A stretch of DNA of 32,000 nt, taken from Candidatus Electronema aureum (GTDB taxonomy: Bacteria; Desulfobacterota; Desulfobulbia; Desulfobulbales; Desulfobulbaceae). Position 1 is the first letter of the stretch, and the number at the start of each line of letters is the position of its first letter. The stretch lies in assembly GCA_004284765.1 (NCBI GenBank), contig NQJD01000015.1, positions 1 through 32,000 on the forward strand. The letters are read 5' to 3'. The position numbers and the translations under genes are program-made. Shown here piece after piece: positions 1 to 8,130 of this stretch. The notes beneath the pieces are model-generated. The model did not search any database. It was not told the origin of the DNA and saw only the letters and a program-made list of their open reading frames with translations.

Positions 1-154
1 AGTCAAATTCATCCGAAAGCGCATCGAATCAGCATTCAGCGTCATCACCCAAAGATTTCCAGCGCATATTCATGCTGTCACCTCGCATGGCTTTGAATTG
101 AAGGTTTTTCTTTTTATCTTGGCTTACTACGGCATTGAAAAAACAATGTTATAG
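1..154 (+). mobile_element. 3' end of a DDE transposase gene (C-terminal 50 codons); the IS element continues beyond the left window edge
   Basis: Frame +2 is open from the window edge to TAG at 152-154. It reads VKFIRKRIESAFSVITQRFPAHIHAVTSHGFELKVFLFILAYYGIEKTML*. The R-x3-E / IExxFS block followed by a hydrophobic tail resembles the C-terminus of IS4/IS5/IS982-type DDE transposases. It has no start codon in the window and is therefore absent from the ORF track. The family assignment is from memory only. Confidence 0.45.
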
Positions 155-254
155 GTCACAACTTGGGTTATAACCATCAAGAACAGCACTCTCTGGAATA
201 CCTCTTGGGGGCTGCGAATTCAAGGCGAGGCATAGGGACGGACACTGCTTTATT

Positions 255-1112
255 TCAGCCCTCCATCAGCAAAGAAATACAGGCGGCGATGAAGAGCGTC
301 AGGGAGATGAAGCCGTTCATCGAAAAAAAGGACATCTCAATGCGCGAGAGGTCGCGGGGATTGACGATGAGGTGCTGATAGAACAAGGCCGCGCCGGTTA
401 AGGCTATGCCGAGATAATAAACGATATTAAGGTGCTGCGCGTAGCCGGTCAGGGTGAAGAGCAGAAAAGCGAGGAGATGAAAGAGGACAGCCAGCCGGAA
501 GGCGTTCTTCCGCCCCAGAATGGCGGGCATGGAATGCAGCCCTGCCTGACGGTCAAATTCCGCGTCCTGCGAGGCGTAGATGATGTCAAACCCGGCCACC
601 CAGAACAGCACGCCCAGCGACAGCATCCACGGATAACCGGACAAACTGCCAGCCGCTGCCGCCCAGCCACCCAGCGGGGAAATCGCCAAGGCCACGCCAA
701 GGACAACATGACAGAGCCAAGTGAAGCGTTTGGTCAGGGAATAGAAAAAGGTCAGGGCAAGGGCAAAAGGCGCGATGCCTAGGCAGAGGCTGTTGAGCAT
801 CGCGCAGGCGAAAAAAAAGAGCGCGGACGTGGTGGCCACCAGCAGCCATGACTCTTTCAGCGAGACGGCTCCGGCAGGAATGGCCCGGTCTTTGGTGCGG
901 GGATTGGCTGCGTCAAAGCGATAGTCAGCGATGCGGTTGAAAGTCATCGCCGCAGTCCGCGCCCCGATCATGGCGATGATCACCCAGAAGAAAACCCGCA
1001 GCGACGGAATGCCCCGAACAGCGAGAAACGCCCCCAGCAGGGCAAAGGGCAGAGCAAAAACGCTGTGCTTGAATTTGATCATTTCAAGTACAGCTTGCAG
1101 TTTTTTGAGCAT
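255..1112 (-). CDS. UbiA-family aromatic prenyltransferase (4-hydroxybenzoate polyprenyltransferase-like; possibly menaquinone/futalosine-branch)
   Basis: 285-aa polytopic membrane ORF. It carries both Asp-rich UbiA motifs, NRIADYRFDAANPRTKDR and YASQDAEFD. Confidence 0.9.
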   Translation of the reverse strand: MLKKLQAVLEMIKFKHSVFALPFALLGAFLAVRGIPSLRVFFWVIIAMIGARTAAMTFNRIADYRFDAANPRTKDRAIPAGAVSLKESWLLVATTSALFFFACAMLNSLCLGIAPFALALTFFYSLTKRFTWLCHVVLGVALAISPLGGWAAAAGSLSGYPWMLSLGVLFWVAGFDIIYASQDAEFDRQAGLHSMPAILGRKNAFRLAVLFHLLAFLLFTLTGYAQHLNIVYYLGIALTGAALFYQHLIVNPRDLSRIEMSFFSMNGFISLTLFIAACISLLMEG

Positions 1113-1149
1113 GACGGGCTGATCTTGTCCTTCCTATGGAAGGTTCCTT

Positions 1150-1566
1150 TCAGTATCTCTGCTCTAAACAGGCATCAACAAAGGAACGCAGACTTTCCTC
1201 TTGCTGCTCAGACAGGTTGTTAAATGCGGCACCAACCAGAACATGGTCGAGGTACTCGTTGTCCATGATCCAAACCACCTGCATAGGTACATCAGAGAAA
1301 GCGGCCATATCAGGGAGCCCGCTGATGCAGTGCAGGAGAATATGACCACCTCGCCAGATGCCGTCAAGCGAGCTACGTTCAACAGAAATTTGAATGCCGC
1401 CTTCGCTCATGTTAAGGATAGAAGAAGCCACAGCCTCATCCGGTGCCTCTTGGTCAAGCGGCGAAATCAACGCGGCAATCTTTCTGGGGTCTTTAAAAAT
1501 GATCCGGTGATGCCGCCGTTTTTCAGGCTGATGTTCTGTCATCATTGCTCCTTGCCCAGGCTGCAT
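1150..1566 (-). CDS. PilZ-domain protein (predicted c-di-GMP receptor)
   Basis: 138-aa ORF with the canonical PilZ pair: RRHHR (RxxxR), then about 30 aa later NMSEGG (D/NxSxxG). The true start may be one of the internal Met residues (MMTEH). Confidence 0.72.
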   Translation of the reverse strand: MQPGQGAMMTEHQPEKRRHHRIIFKDPRKIAALISPLDQEAPDEAVASSILNMSEGGIQISVERSSLDGIWRGGHILLHCISGLPDMAAFSDVPMQVVWIMDNEYLDHVLVGAAFNNLSEQQEESLRSFVDACLEQRY

Positions 1567-1604
1567 TTGGGACGTTGAGGTTAAAGAGAAGATGCTGCCG
1601 TTTA

Positions 1605-2627
1605 TTACTGCCTGCGCGGATCAAACGCCTCGCGTAAGGCCTCGCCGATGAAAATCAGCAGAATTAAGGTGCCAACCAGCACGATGACGGTGGAAAGCGA
1701 GAGCCACCAGGCTTCAATGTTGGCCTTGCCTTGCGCCAGCAGCTCGCCAAGACTTGGGATTTCAGGTGGCACACCAAGGCCAAGAAAGTCGAGACTGGTT
1801 AAGGCGAGAATCGCCCCAGACATGCGGAAAGGCAGAAAGGTGATTACCGGAGTCATGCTGTTCGGCAGCAAATGCCGCCACATGATGGTCAAGTTGCCCA
1901 CACCAAGAGCCTTGGCCGCTTTCACGTACTCAAGATTACGGCCTTTGAGGAACTCTGCCCGCACGTAATCGGCCAAGCCCATCCAGCCGAAAAGCGAGAG
2001 CAGAATCAAAATCAGCAATACGCTGGGTTTGAAGATGGAGGCAAAAATGATCAGCAGATACAATTCTGGCATTGCGCTCCATATTTCGATGAAACGCTGA
2101 AAGATCAAATCAGTGCGTCCACCAAAATACCCTTGCACTGCTCCAGCAAGAATGCCGGTCAAGGTGCCGATCAAAGTCAGAGCAAAGCCGAAAAGCACGG
2201 ACAAGCGGAAGCCGTAGATCAGCCGGGCAAGCACATCGCGGCCTCGGTCATCAGTGCCGAGGAGGTGCGATGTTGAAGGCGGCGCAGGCACGGCTTCGCC
2301 CAGATCAAGATCAATGGAATTGCTGCTGTAGGGATTAAGCGGGAAAAAAACTTTGTTGTCCTCGCTGTTCAGCCGTTCGAGCATGTACGGATCGCGGTAG
2401 TCAGCCTCGGTTGCAAAATCGCCGCCGAACACAGTTTCCGGGTAGGTTTTGAACAGCGGGTAATACCAGCCACCTTCGTAGTGGATGAGAAACGGCTTGT
2501 CGTTGCTGAGAACTTCGGCAAAAAACGAAAACAGAAACAGGAAGCTAAAGAACAGCAAACTGTAAAAGCCACGGCGATTCTTTTTGAAATTTCGCCAACG
2601 ACGATGGGCTAACGACTGCTTTTTCAT
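1605..2627 (-). CDS. yejE: ABC transporter permease, YejE-like (peptide/opine family)
   Basis: 340 aa, colinear with E. coli YejE along its length as I recall it (NRRG..SL, NDKP, LGTD..G.DVLAR, FIE.WS.MP, SLGELL.QGK, IGEA.R.AFDP). Confidence 0.9.
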   Translation of the reverse strand: MKKQSLAHRRWRNFKKNRRGFYSLLFFSFLFLFSFFAEVLSNDKPFLIHYEGGWYYPLFKTYPETVFGGDFATEADYRDPYMLERLNSEDNKVFFPLNPYSSNSIDLDLGEAVPAPPSTSHLLGTDDRGRDVLARLIYGFRLSVLFGFALTLIGTLTGILAGAVQGYFGGRTDLIFQRFIEIWSAMPELYLLIIFASIFKPSVLLILILLSLFGWMGLADYVRAEFLKGRNLEYVKAAKALGVGNLTIMWRHLLPNSMTPVITFLPFRMSGAILALTSLDFLGLGVPPEIPSLGELLAQGKANIEAWWLSLSTVIVLVGTLILLIFIGEALREAFDPRRQ

Positions 2628-2630
2628 CGC

Positions 2631-3680
2631 CTACTCCAGCCGGGCAAAACTGATTCTTGGATCGACCCAGACATAGCTCAAGTCCGAGAGGAGCCGGGAA
2701 ATCAGACCGAGTATGGTGAAAAAATAGAGGGTACCGAGAACCACCGGGTAGTCGCGGTTCAGCACTGATTCGTAGGCCAACAAGCCCATGCCGTCTAAGG
2801 AAAAGATAGTTTCAATCAGCAGGCTACCGGTGAAAAAAGAGGCAATGAACGTACCGGGAAAGCCCGTGATGATCGGAATAATGGCATTGCGGAAGACATG
2901 TCGATACAAAACTTGGCCTTCAGATAAACCTTTGGCGCGAGCGGTCAGCACGTACTGTTTGCGGATTTCTTCAAGAAAGGAGTTTTTGGTCAGCAAAGTC
3001 ATCACCGCCAAGCTGCCAACCGTGGAGGCAGTGATCGGTAGCACCATGTGCCAGAGATAATCCAGCACCTGAGCAGTTGCGCTCATCTCGCTCCAGTTGT
3101 CCGAAACCAAGCCGCGCAGGGGGAAGATGCTCCAAAAGCTACCGCCGCCGAACAGCACAATTAATACCAGCCCAAGGACAAAACCGGGAATGGCGTAACC
3201 CACCAAAATCAGGGTGCTGGTGGTCACATCAAAACGGGAGCCGTCATGAATGGCCTTGCGAATGCCGAGCGGAATGCAGACCGAATAGACGATCAAAAAC
3301 GACCAAAGACCGAGCGACATCGAAACCGGCAGTTTGGAAATGACTAATTCCGCTACGCCTTTCTGGTGATAGTATGAGTCACCAAAATTGAAAACCGCAT
3401 AGGAGGCCATCATGCTGAAAAAACGTTGTACCGGCGGTTTATCAAAGCCATAGAGCTTGCGCAATTGCTCAATCCGCTGCGGATCAAGGCCCTGCTTGCC
3501 TTGATAAATGCCGCCTCCACCGCTGGTCGCCTCGCCACGACCACCGTGGCCTTCGAGCTGGGCGACCATCTTTTCCACCGGCCCGCCTGGCACAAACTGA
3601 GTGATCGCGAACGTGATTAGCATGATCCCGAACAGCGTCGGAATCATCAACAGGACGCGCTTGAGGATATAAGCAATCAT
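2631..3680 (-). CDS. yejB: ABC transporter permease, YejB-like
   Basis: 349 aa. N-terminus MIAYILKRVLLMIPTLFGIMLITFAITQFVPGGPVEKM plus an EAA-type permease core. Its stop lies 3 nt upstream of the yejE start. Confidence 0.9.
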   Translation of the reverse strand: MIAYILKRVLLMIPTLFGIMLITFAITQFVPGGPVEKMVAQLEGHGGRGEATSGGGGIYQGKQGLDPQRIEQLRKLYGFDKPPVQRFFSMMASYAVFNFGDSYYHQKGVAELVISKLPVSMSLGLWSFLIVYSVCIPLGIRKAIHDGSRFDVTTSTLILVGYAIPGFVLGLVLIVLFGGGSFWSIFPLRGLVSDNWSEMSATAQVLDYLWHMVLPITASTVGSLAVMTLLTKNSFLEEIRKQYVLTARAKGLSEGQVLYRHVFRNAIIPIITGFPGTFIASFFTGSLLIETIFSLDGMGLLAYESVLNRDYPVVLGTLYFFTILGLISRLLSDLSYVWVDPRISFARLE

Positions 3681-3692
3681 CCGTAGGCTTGA

Positions 3693-3965
3693 TTAAAATA
3701 TCTTGATGCTACCGACGGTACCGTCATCCGGTGCTTCCACAGTCTCGATTCCTTCTGCCGCACCTTCAGGGTGCTGACTGGGCTGTAGCTCTCTTTTGCA
3801 GAACAACATCAATCCTTCTGGCATCATAGTCGCTGTGACCAATTCCCAACCTTGGCGACCTTCTTCGTTAAGCATTGCCTCGGTTTCATCTTCATCAATG
3901 TATTTTTCACCCAGCAGCCCGTCTTTCTGGAATTCAACAAGGAGGGTTTTGTATTGCCATTGCAC
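3693..3965 (-). CDS. DUF4177-like small protein
   Basis: 90 aa. It starts MQWQYKTLLVEF and contains LNEEGRQGWELV, the pattern typical of DUF4177 (M.WEYK ... GWELV). Confidence 0.65.
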   Translation of the reverse strand: MQWQYKTLLVEFQKDGLLGEKYIDEDETEAMLNEEGRQGWELVTATMMPEGLMLFCKRELQPSQHPEGAAEGIETVEAPDDGTVGSIKIF

Positions 3966-3976
3966 GGTGGTATTTC

Positions 3977-5530
3977 CTATTCTTTGATCAATTCGTCATT
4001 CTTAAATTGGCCGGTGACAGTCTGTCCGTCCGGGTGGGTGATGGTTCCCGCGCCGTGGCGCTTGCCGATTTTGAACATGCCTTTATAGACGCTGCCGTCC
4101 ACGGATACTAATGTTCCTTCGCCGTTGGGCAAATCATGGGCAAAAGTGCCGGTATATTTTTTGCCGTTTTTATAAACCAAGGTGCCTTGGCCTGAGAAAT
4201 AACCATTCAAGAATTGGCCGATATATTTGCTGCCGTCCGGGAAAATATAAGAACCTTTGCCTGCAAACACGCCTTGAACAAAATCGCCTTCGTAGGAGGA
4301 GCCATCCTGATAGGTCAGTAGGCCATGTCCTTCCCGCTCACCCCGCTGGAAGGTGCCGGTATATTGACGGCCATCGACAAAAACGTAGGTACCTTGGCCG
4401 TGAAACTTGCCTTCGACAAAATCGCCTTCATAAACCTCACCGTCCGGTAACTGAAGGGTACCCCAGCCATTTTGCCTCCCTTTTTTGAATTCTCCTTGAT
4501 AGGAGGAACCATCCGGTAGCTGAATCCCGGCAGTGCCACTAAAAAGGGTCGGTGGATTCTTTTCCCGCGAATAGAGCAGCCCGTTTTCGGCAAAAAAAAG
4601 TTTTTGACCAGACTGAACTGCTGCTGTGACCGGAACCGGAGCAGAATTGCTTTTTTTAAACTCTAACTCTGCAGCAGGTTCATCCAGCGATTCAACTGTC
4701 GCCGTCGCTGGCGGTGCGGTTTCCACGGCTGCCAACGGTGCGATTTTGATTTCAGCGATGGCAGCTCTGTCATCTGGTGGCGATTCAAGGAGTAAGCTGT
4801 TTTCTACAGGCTTGCCGCCCTTGAATTCACCCGCGTGGATTATCCGGCCATCAGCAGCAAACAGCCTGCCTTTGCCTTCGTATTGGTCACGGTGAAAAAA
4901 TCCCTCATAACGGCTACCGTCGGGCAGCTGTAACACGCCGTAACCCTCGCGAGATTTGCCGATAAATCCGCCTTTGTAACGACTGCCGTCTGGGTAGCGG
5001 CGAGTGATTTCAATTTCGCCTGCAGGCTTGCCTTCTTCAAAAAGCCCCTCGTAGGAGCTACCATCGGGCAAGGTCATTCTGCCGGGACCGTGCGGCAATC
5101 CTTCGCGGAAGCTCCCCGCATATTTTTTGCCGTCCGGCCAAATCAGCAAACCTTTACCGTGAAAGCGGCCCATGATGAAATCGCCTTTGTAGCGACGGCC
5201 ATTGGCTTCGGTTAGACTACCCTGCCCATTGATCACGCCGTTTTCAAACTCACCTTGGTAAACGCGCCCATCTTGGCTTTTCAACGTGCCTTTGCCGTGA
5301 TAGCGGCCTCGGACAAATTGGCCAGAGTAACGCAACCCATTCGCAGTAGTCAGTACACCTTTGCCCCAAAGAAAGCCATTTTTGAACTCGCCTTCATAGA
5401 GTCGTCCATCCGCGCTTTCTAATTTGCCCATGCCGTTGCGGCAGTCGCCGGATAAGCAGGCAGCAGTACAGAGCTGTACCACAGGCAGCTGCGCAAAAAA
5501 GGCGATAATCAGCAACGTTGGAATACGCAT
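3977..5530 (-). CDS. Secreted MORN-repeat protein
   Basis: 517 aa with an N-terminal signal peptide (MRIPTLLIIAFFAQLPVVQLCTAAC). About 16-17 copies of the 23-aa MORN unit (YxGxFxxGxxxGxGxxxxxxGxx) sit in two arrays, separated by a Pro/Ala-rich linker. Confidence 0.9.
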   Translation of the reverse strand: MRIPTLLIIAFFAQLPVVQLCTAACLSGDCRNGMGKLESADGRLYEGEFKNGFLWGKGVLTTANGLRYSGQFVRGRYHGKGTLKSQDGRVYQGEFENGVINGQGSLTEANGRRYKGDFIMGRFHGKGLLIWPDGKKYAGSFREGLPHGPGRMTLPDGSSYEGLFEEGKPAGEIEITRRYPDGSRYKGGFIGKSREGYGVLQLPDGSRYEGFFHRDQYEGKGRLFAADGRIIHAGEFKGGKPVENSLLLESPPDDRAAIAEIKIAPLAAVETAPPATATVESLDEPAAELEFKKSNSAPVPVTAAVQSGQKLFFAENGLLYSREKNPPTLFSGTAGIQLPDGSSYQGEFKKGRQNGWGTLQLPDGEVYEGDFVEGKFHGQGTYVFVDGRQYTGTFQRGEREGHGLLTYQDGSSYEGDFVQGVFAGKGSYIFPDGSKYIGQFLNGYFSGQGTLVYKNGKKYTGTFAHDLPNGEGTLVSVDGSVYKGMFKIGKRHGAGTITHPDGQTVTGQFKNDELIKE

Positions 5531-5561
5531 CGAACAAGGGAAAGATCGCTAGAGCGATGGG

Positions 5562-6209
5562 TTAGATGATTTTCTCAATCTTAGCAACAAAATCTTGGGC
5601 CGCCTCCGGGTCTCCAATCTCCTCCATCAACAGATTGGTCAGCTCGACAATTCGGGCCGGAACAGGCGGGCCGCTCTGTTGCCATTGCTCAATATAATCC
5701 TGCATGACCATTCCTGCAACAGGCCCGATGGCTCCTGCTAATGCCTGCTCAATTCTGCACAACATAGCTTGGAGCTGGGCGGGATAAAGACCGCTGACCG
5801 CAGCTTCCGACTCCGCTGTCTCTGGTTCTTCCTCTGCCGCCCAAACAACAGGAGTTTCGCTTGGCGTTGTCAATCCATCTGCCCGCAGCACAGCAGCTAA
5901 TCGGGCCGCCGCAGATGCCACCGCAGAGTAATCAGCGTAGGGATTACAGACAGCGATCAGTGCCGAGCTGGCTTGAAAAGGCAGGCCGATGACCGCATAG
6001 CGATCAAAGAGAAACTGGGCGGTTTTGATGCTGAGACCGCTCATCTCACCAAGCTGGAAAAGTCGAACCAAGTGCGCCCCTACAGTTTCCAATAGCCCAG
6101 CAGCAAGCTGCTCATGGGCCGCGCCGCAGAGCACACCGTCCTTTTTGTCGAAAATACAGGCACCAATCACCCCTGAAAGCGTGGAGACTTGCTCAAGGAG
6201 ATTCTGCAT
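5562..6209 (-). CDS. Roadblock/LC7 (MglB-like) domain protein with an acidic linker and a helical C-terminal domain
   Basis: I prefer the start at the internal ATG at 6207-6209 (MQNLLEQVSTLSGVIGACIFDKKDGVL...). The longer ORF beginning at 6293 would overlap the upstream gene by 100 nt. The Roadblock call is based on pattern only. The C-terminus contains an AIGPVAGMVMQD motif. Confidence 0.6.
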   Translation of the reverse strand: MQNLLEQVSTLSGVIGACIFDKKDGVLCGAAHEQLAAGLLETVGAHLVRLFQLGEMSGLSIKTAQFLFDRYAVIGLPFQASSALIAVCNPYADYSAVASAAARLAAVLRADGLTTPSETPVVWAAEEEPETAESEAAVSGLYPAQLQAMLCRIEQALAGAIGPVAGMVMQDYIEQWQQSGPPVPARIVELTNLLMEEIGDPEAAQDFVAKIEKII

Positions 6210-6930
6210 GATCTCGCTGTGTTCGTTCCGGCATCCGCAGAGCCGCTCGAATTTTGGTGCTGATCTCCGGCACCGAGGCTTGGTTGTCAGCAAGCAAACC
6301 GATGATCAGACTCGCGCTGGGTAGGATCAGGAGTAGTTCGCCGGTGGCTAACTCCGCTTGAATGCTTTGCGGTCCCCGTACCTTGTCGCCCAGACTTTGC
6401 CGCATCTGAAGGCTGCTCATGACCGCGTAGGAAATAAAGGTGCAAATTTGCCGATTATCCGAGGAGCGAGCCACTGTTTTTCCTTGCCGATTGAACAAAT
6501 AATAATGGCGAATTTCCGGCACCGCCATGATTCCCGCCACTAAACGCCGGAGCAGTGGATGTGACTTTACCGCGTCTGAGACAGGTAGCTCTTCCGGCAG
6601 GATTTTTTTTAGCTCCACCTCGTCCTTAGCTGATGAGGCATGAAGCAGGATGCGAGCCAAGGACTGGCTGATCCGTACCATCCGGTCTTCAGGTGCGCTG
6701 ACTTGAAAAGCAGGCTTTTTCAGGGAGAGCAGAAGATCAACAGCTGCTATCCCGGCTCGGCCTTCACAGCGGGCATCAATCAGTTGTCCTTCTCGGAAAA
6801 AGAAACAACCGCTCCGGCCATCGGCAGAGACGCTCAGGGTGCAGTTTGTACGCTCCTGTTCCAGCAGCTGAAGAAAAGACGGCAATGATACGCCGTGAAG
6901 ATTCTGACCAGCATGGACAGACGCGTTCAT
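6193..6930 (-). CDS. DUF4388/PATAN-like domain protein with a C-terminal Roadblock-like domain
   Basis: 245 aa. The N-terminus GVSLPSFLQLLEQERTNCTLSVSADGRSGCFFFREGQLIDARCEGRAGIAAVDLLL matches the DUF4388 pattern (L.dlLq.l...g.L.v...g.i.f.eG.iv.A...G..A...ll). The C-terminal half looks like an alpha/beta Roadblock fold. Confidence 0.7.
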   Translation of the reverse strand: MNASVHAGQNLHGVSLPSFLQLLEQERTNCTLSVSADGRSGCFFFREGQLIDARCEGRAGIAAVDLLLSLKKPAFQVSAPEDRMVRISQSLARILLHASSAKDEVELKKILPEELPVSDAVKSHPLLRRLVAGIMAVPEIRHYYLFNRQGKTVARSSDNRQICTFISYAVMSSLQMRQSLGDKVRGPQSIQAELATGELLLILPSASLIIGLLADNQASVPEISTKIRAALRMPERTQRDHAESP

Positions 6931-6945
6931 CTGCTGCCCACGCCC

Positions 6946-8130
6946 TCAGGAGCGGTAGTTAGCGTTAATTTTGACATAATCGCAGCTCAGGTCGCAAGTT
7001 AGTATTTCTGCCGTTGCCGCGCCTTCACCAAGACTGATTGTGACGCTGAACTCTTTCTTTTTCAGCACTTGGGTGGCTGCTGCTTCAGCGTCCTTGCCCA
7101 GACCGAAACCTTTTTCCACTAAGAGCGCATCATCAAAAGCGATAGAAACCCGCTCTGGTTGAAAGCTGCACTCGGAGCGACCTAACGCGGCAATAATCCG
7201 TCCCCAGTTGGCATCTTCACCGAAAAATGCCGTCTTCACCAAGGGTGAATTGGCAATAGTGCGGGCTGCGTCCACTGCTTCGTCCTGCGTCGCTGCACCT
7301 GTCACCCGGATGGTGACTAACTTGGTTGCGCCTTCGCCATCACGCACGATCTGGGCGGCTAACTCTTTAAAAATGCAGTGCAATGCTTCGGTGAAGACGG
7401 CCAAAGCCTGCGGAGTGTTTTCATCGATCAAGGTGTTACCTGCTGCGCCGTTTGCAAGGCAAAGCACAGTGTCGTTGGTGGAAGTGTCACCATCAACGGT
7501 AATCCGGTTAAAAGACAACTCGGTGCCGCTGCTCACCGCTGCTTGCAAGGCGGATTGAGCAATGTGTGCGTCAGTCACGGCAAAGCAGAGCATGGTAGCC
7601 ATGTTAGGCATGATCATGCCAGAACCCTTGGCCGCAGCGAAAAGCCGCACTTCCACTCCGTCAATCATGATCAGCGCAGAGGCGGTCTTGGGTACGGTGT
7701 CGGTGGTCATGATCGCCCGCGCCAAGTCATCAAAGCCGTCTTCAGACAGCGCGGCAGCCAACTTGGGCATGGCCTCGATGAAAGGCCGTAGATCAAGCTG
7801 CGCACCGATTACCCCGGTGGAAGCCACCTGCACCAGATCCTCGCTGATGCCTAAGGCTTCAGCAGCCAGCGCACCCACGGCACGAGCTGCCTTCATGCCC
7901 AGCTCGCCAGTACAAGCATTGGCATTGCCGCTGTTGACAATGATCGCTTGCGCTTTCCCCTGCCGCAGTCGCTCCATGCCAAGAAGCACCGGCGCGGCTT
8001 TAACCTTACTGGTGGTAAAAACCCCAGCAGCAATCGCTGGAGTTGCGGAATAAATCAGGCCGAGATCAAGCCTGTTCTGATACTTGATGCCCGCCTCAAC
8101 TGCGGCGGCAGAAAATCCTTTAACCTTCAT
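6946..8130 (-). CDS. argJ: Bifunctional glutamate N-acetyltransferase / amino-acid acetyltransferase ArgJ
   Basis: 394 aa. Contains the ArgJ hallmark self-cleavage site PNMATMLCF, the TTDT motif, and C-terminal DLSCDYVKINANYRS. Confidence 0.95.
   Translation of the reverse strand: MKVKGFSAAAVEAGIKYQNRLDLGLIYSATPAIAAGVFTTSKVKAAPVLLGMERLRQGKAQAIIVNSGNANACTGELGMKAARAVGALAAEALGISEDLVQVASTGVIGAQLDLRPFIEAMPKLAAALSEDGFDDLARAIMTTDTVPKTASALIMIDGVEVRLFAAAKGSGMIMPNMATMLCFAVTDAHIAQSALQAAVSSGTELSFNRITVDGDTSTNDTVLCLANGAAGNTLIDENTPQALAVFTEALHCIFKELAAQIVRDGEGATKLVTIRVTGAATQDEAVDAARTIANSPLVKTAFFGEDANWGRIIAALGRSECSFQPERVSIAFDDALLVEKGFGLGKDAEAAATQVLKKKEFSVTISLGEGAATAEILTCDLSCDYVKINANYRS

Noticed and set aside
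29-73. Minus-strand ATG at 71-73 with a good GAGGTG Shine-Dalgarno upstream. It initially looked like the 5' end of a gene running off the left edge.
   Set aside because: Hand translation gives MNMRWKSLGDDAEC and then a TGA at 29-31, so only 14 codons. The plus-strand frame with the transposase-like C-terminus explains this region better.
163-378. 71-aa plus-strand ORF spanning the IS/UbiA spacer and the UbiA 3' end.
   Set aside because: It overlaps the well-supported UbiA gene antisense, has no Shine-Dalgarno, and its composition is not protein-like. The same applies to the ORFs at 432-782, 449-709, 586-849 and 931-1122 inside UbiA.
3977-5530. Strong sequence periodicity that might have been a CRISPR or tandem-repeat array.
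   Set aside because: The period is 69 nt, the region is in-frame coding, and it corresponds to 23-aa MORN repeats. There are no identical direct repeats with unique spacers. No CRISPR array was seen anywhere in the window.
5562-6293. Long N-terminal extensions offered by the ORF track for several genes: 5562-6293, 12291-12920, 24414-25283, 25081-25935, 25990-27138, 18244-19452 and 15686-16525.
   Set aside because: The extensions overlap neighbouring genes or terminators and read as non-protein-like sequence. Internal starts with Shine-Dalgarno motifs give N-termini that match the expected family or signal-peptide patterns.
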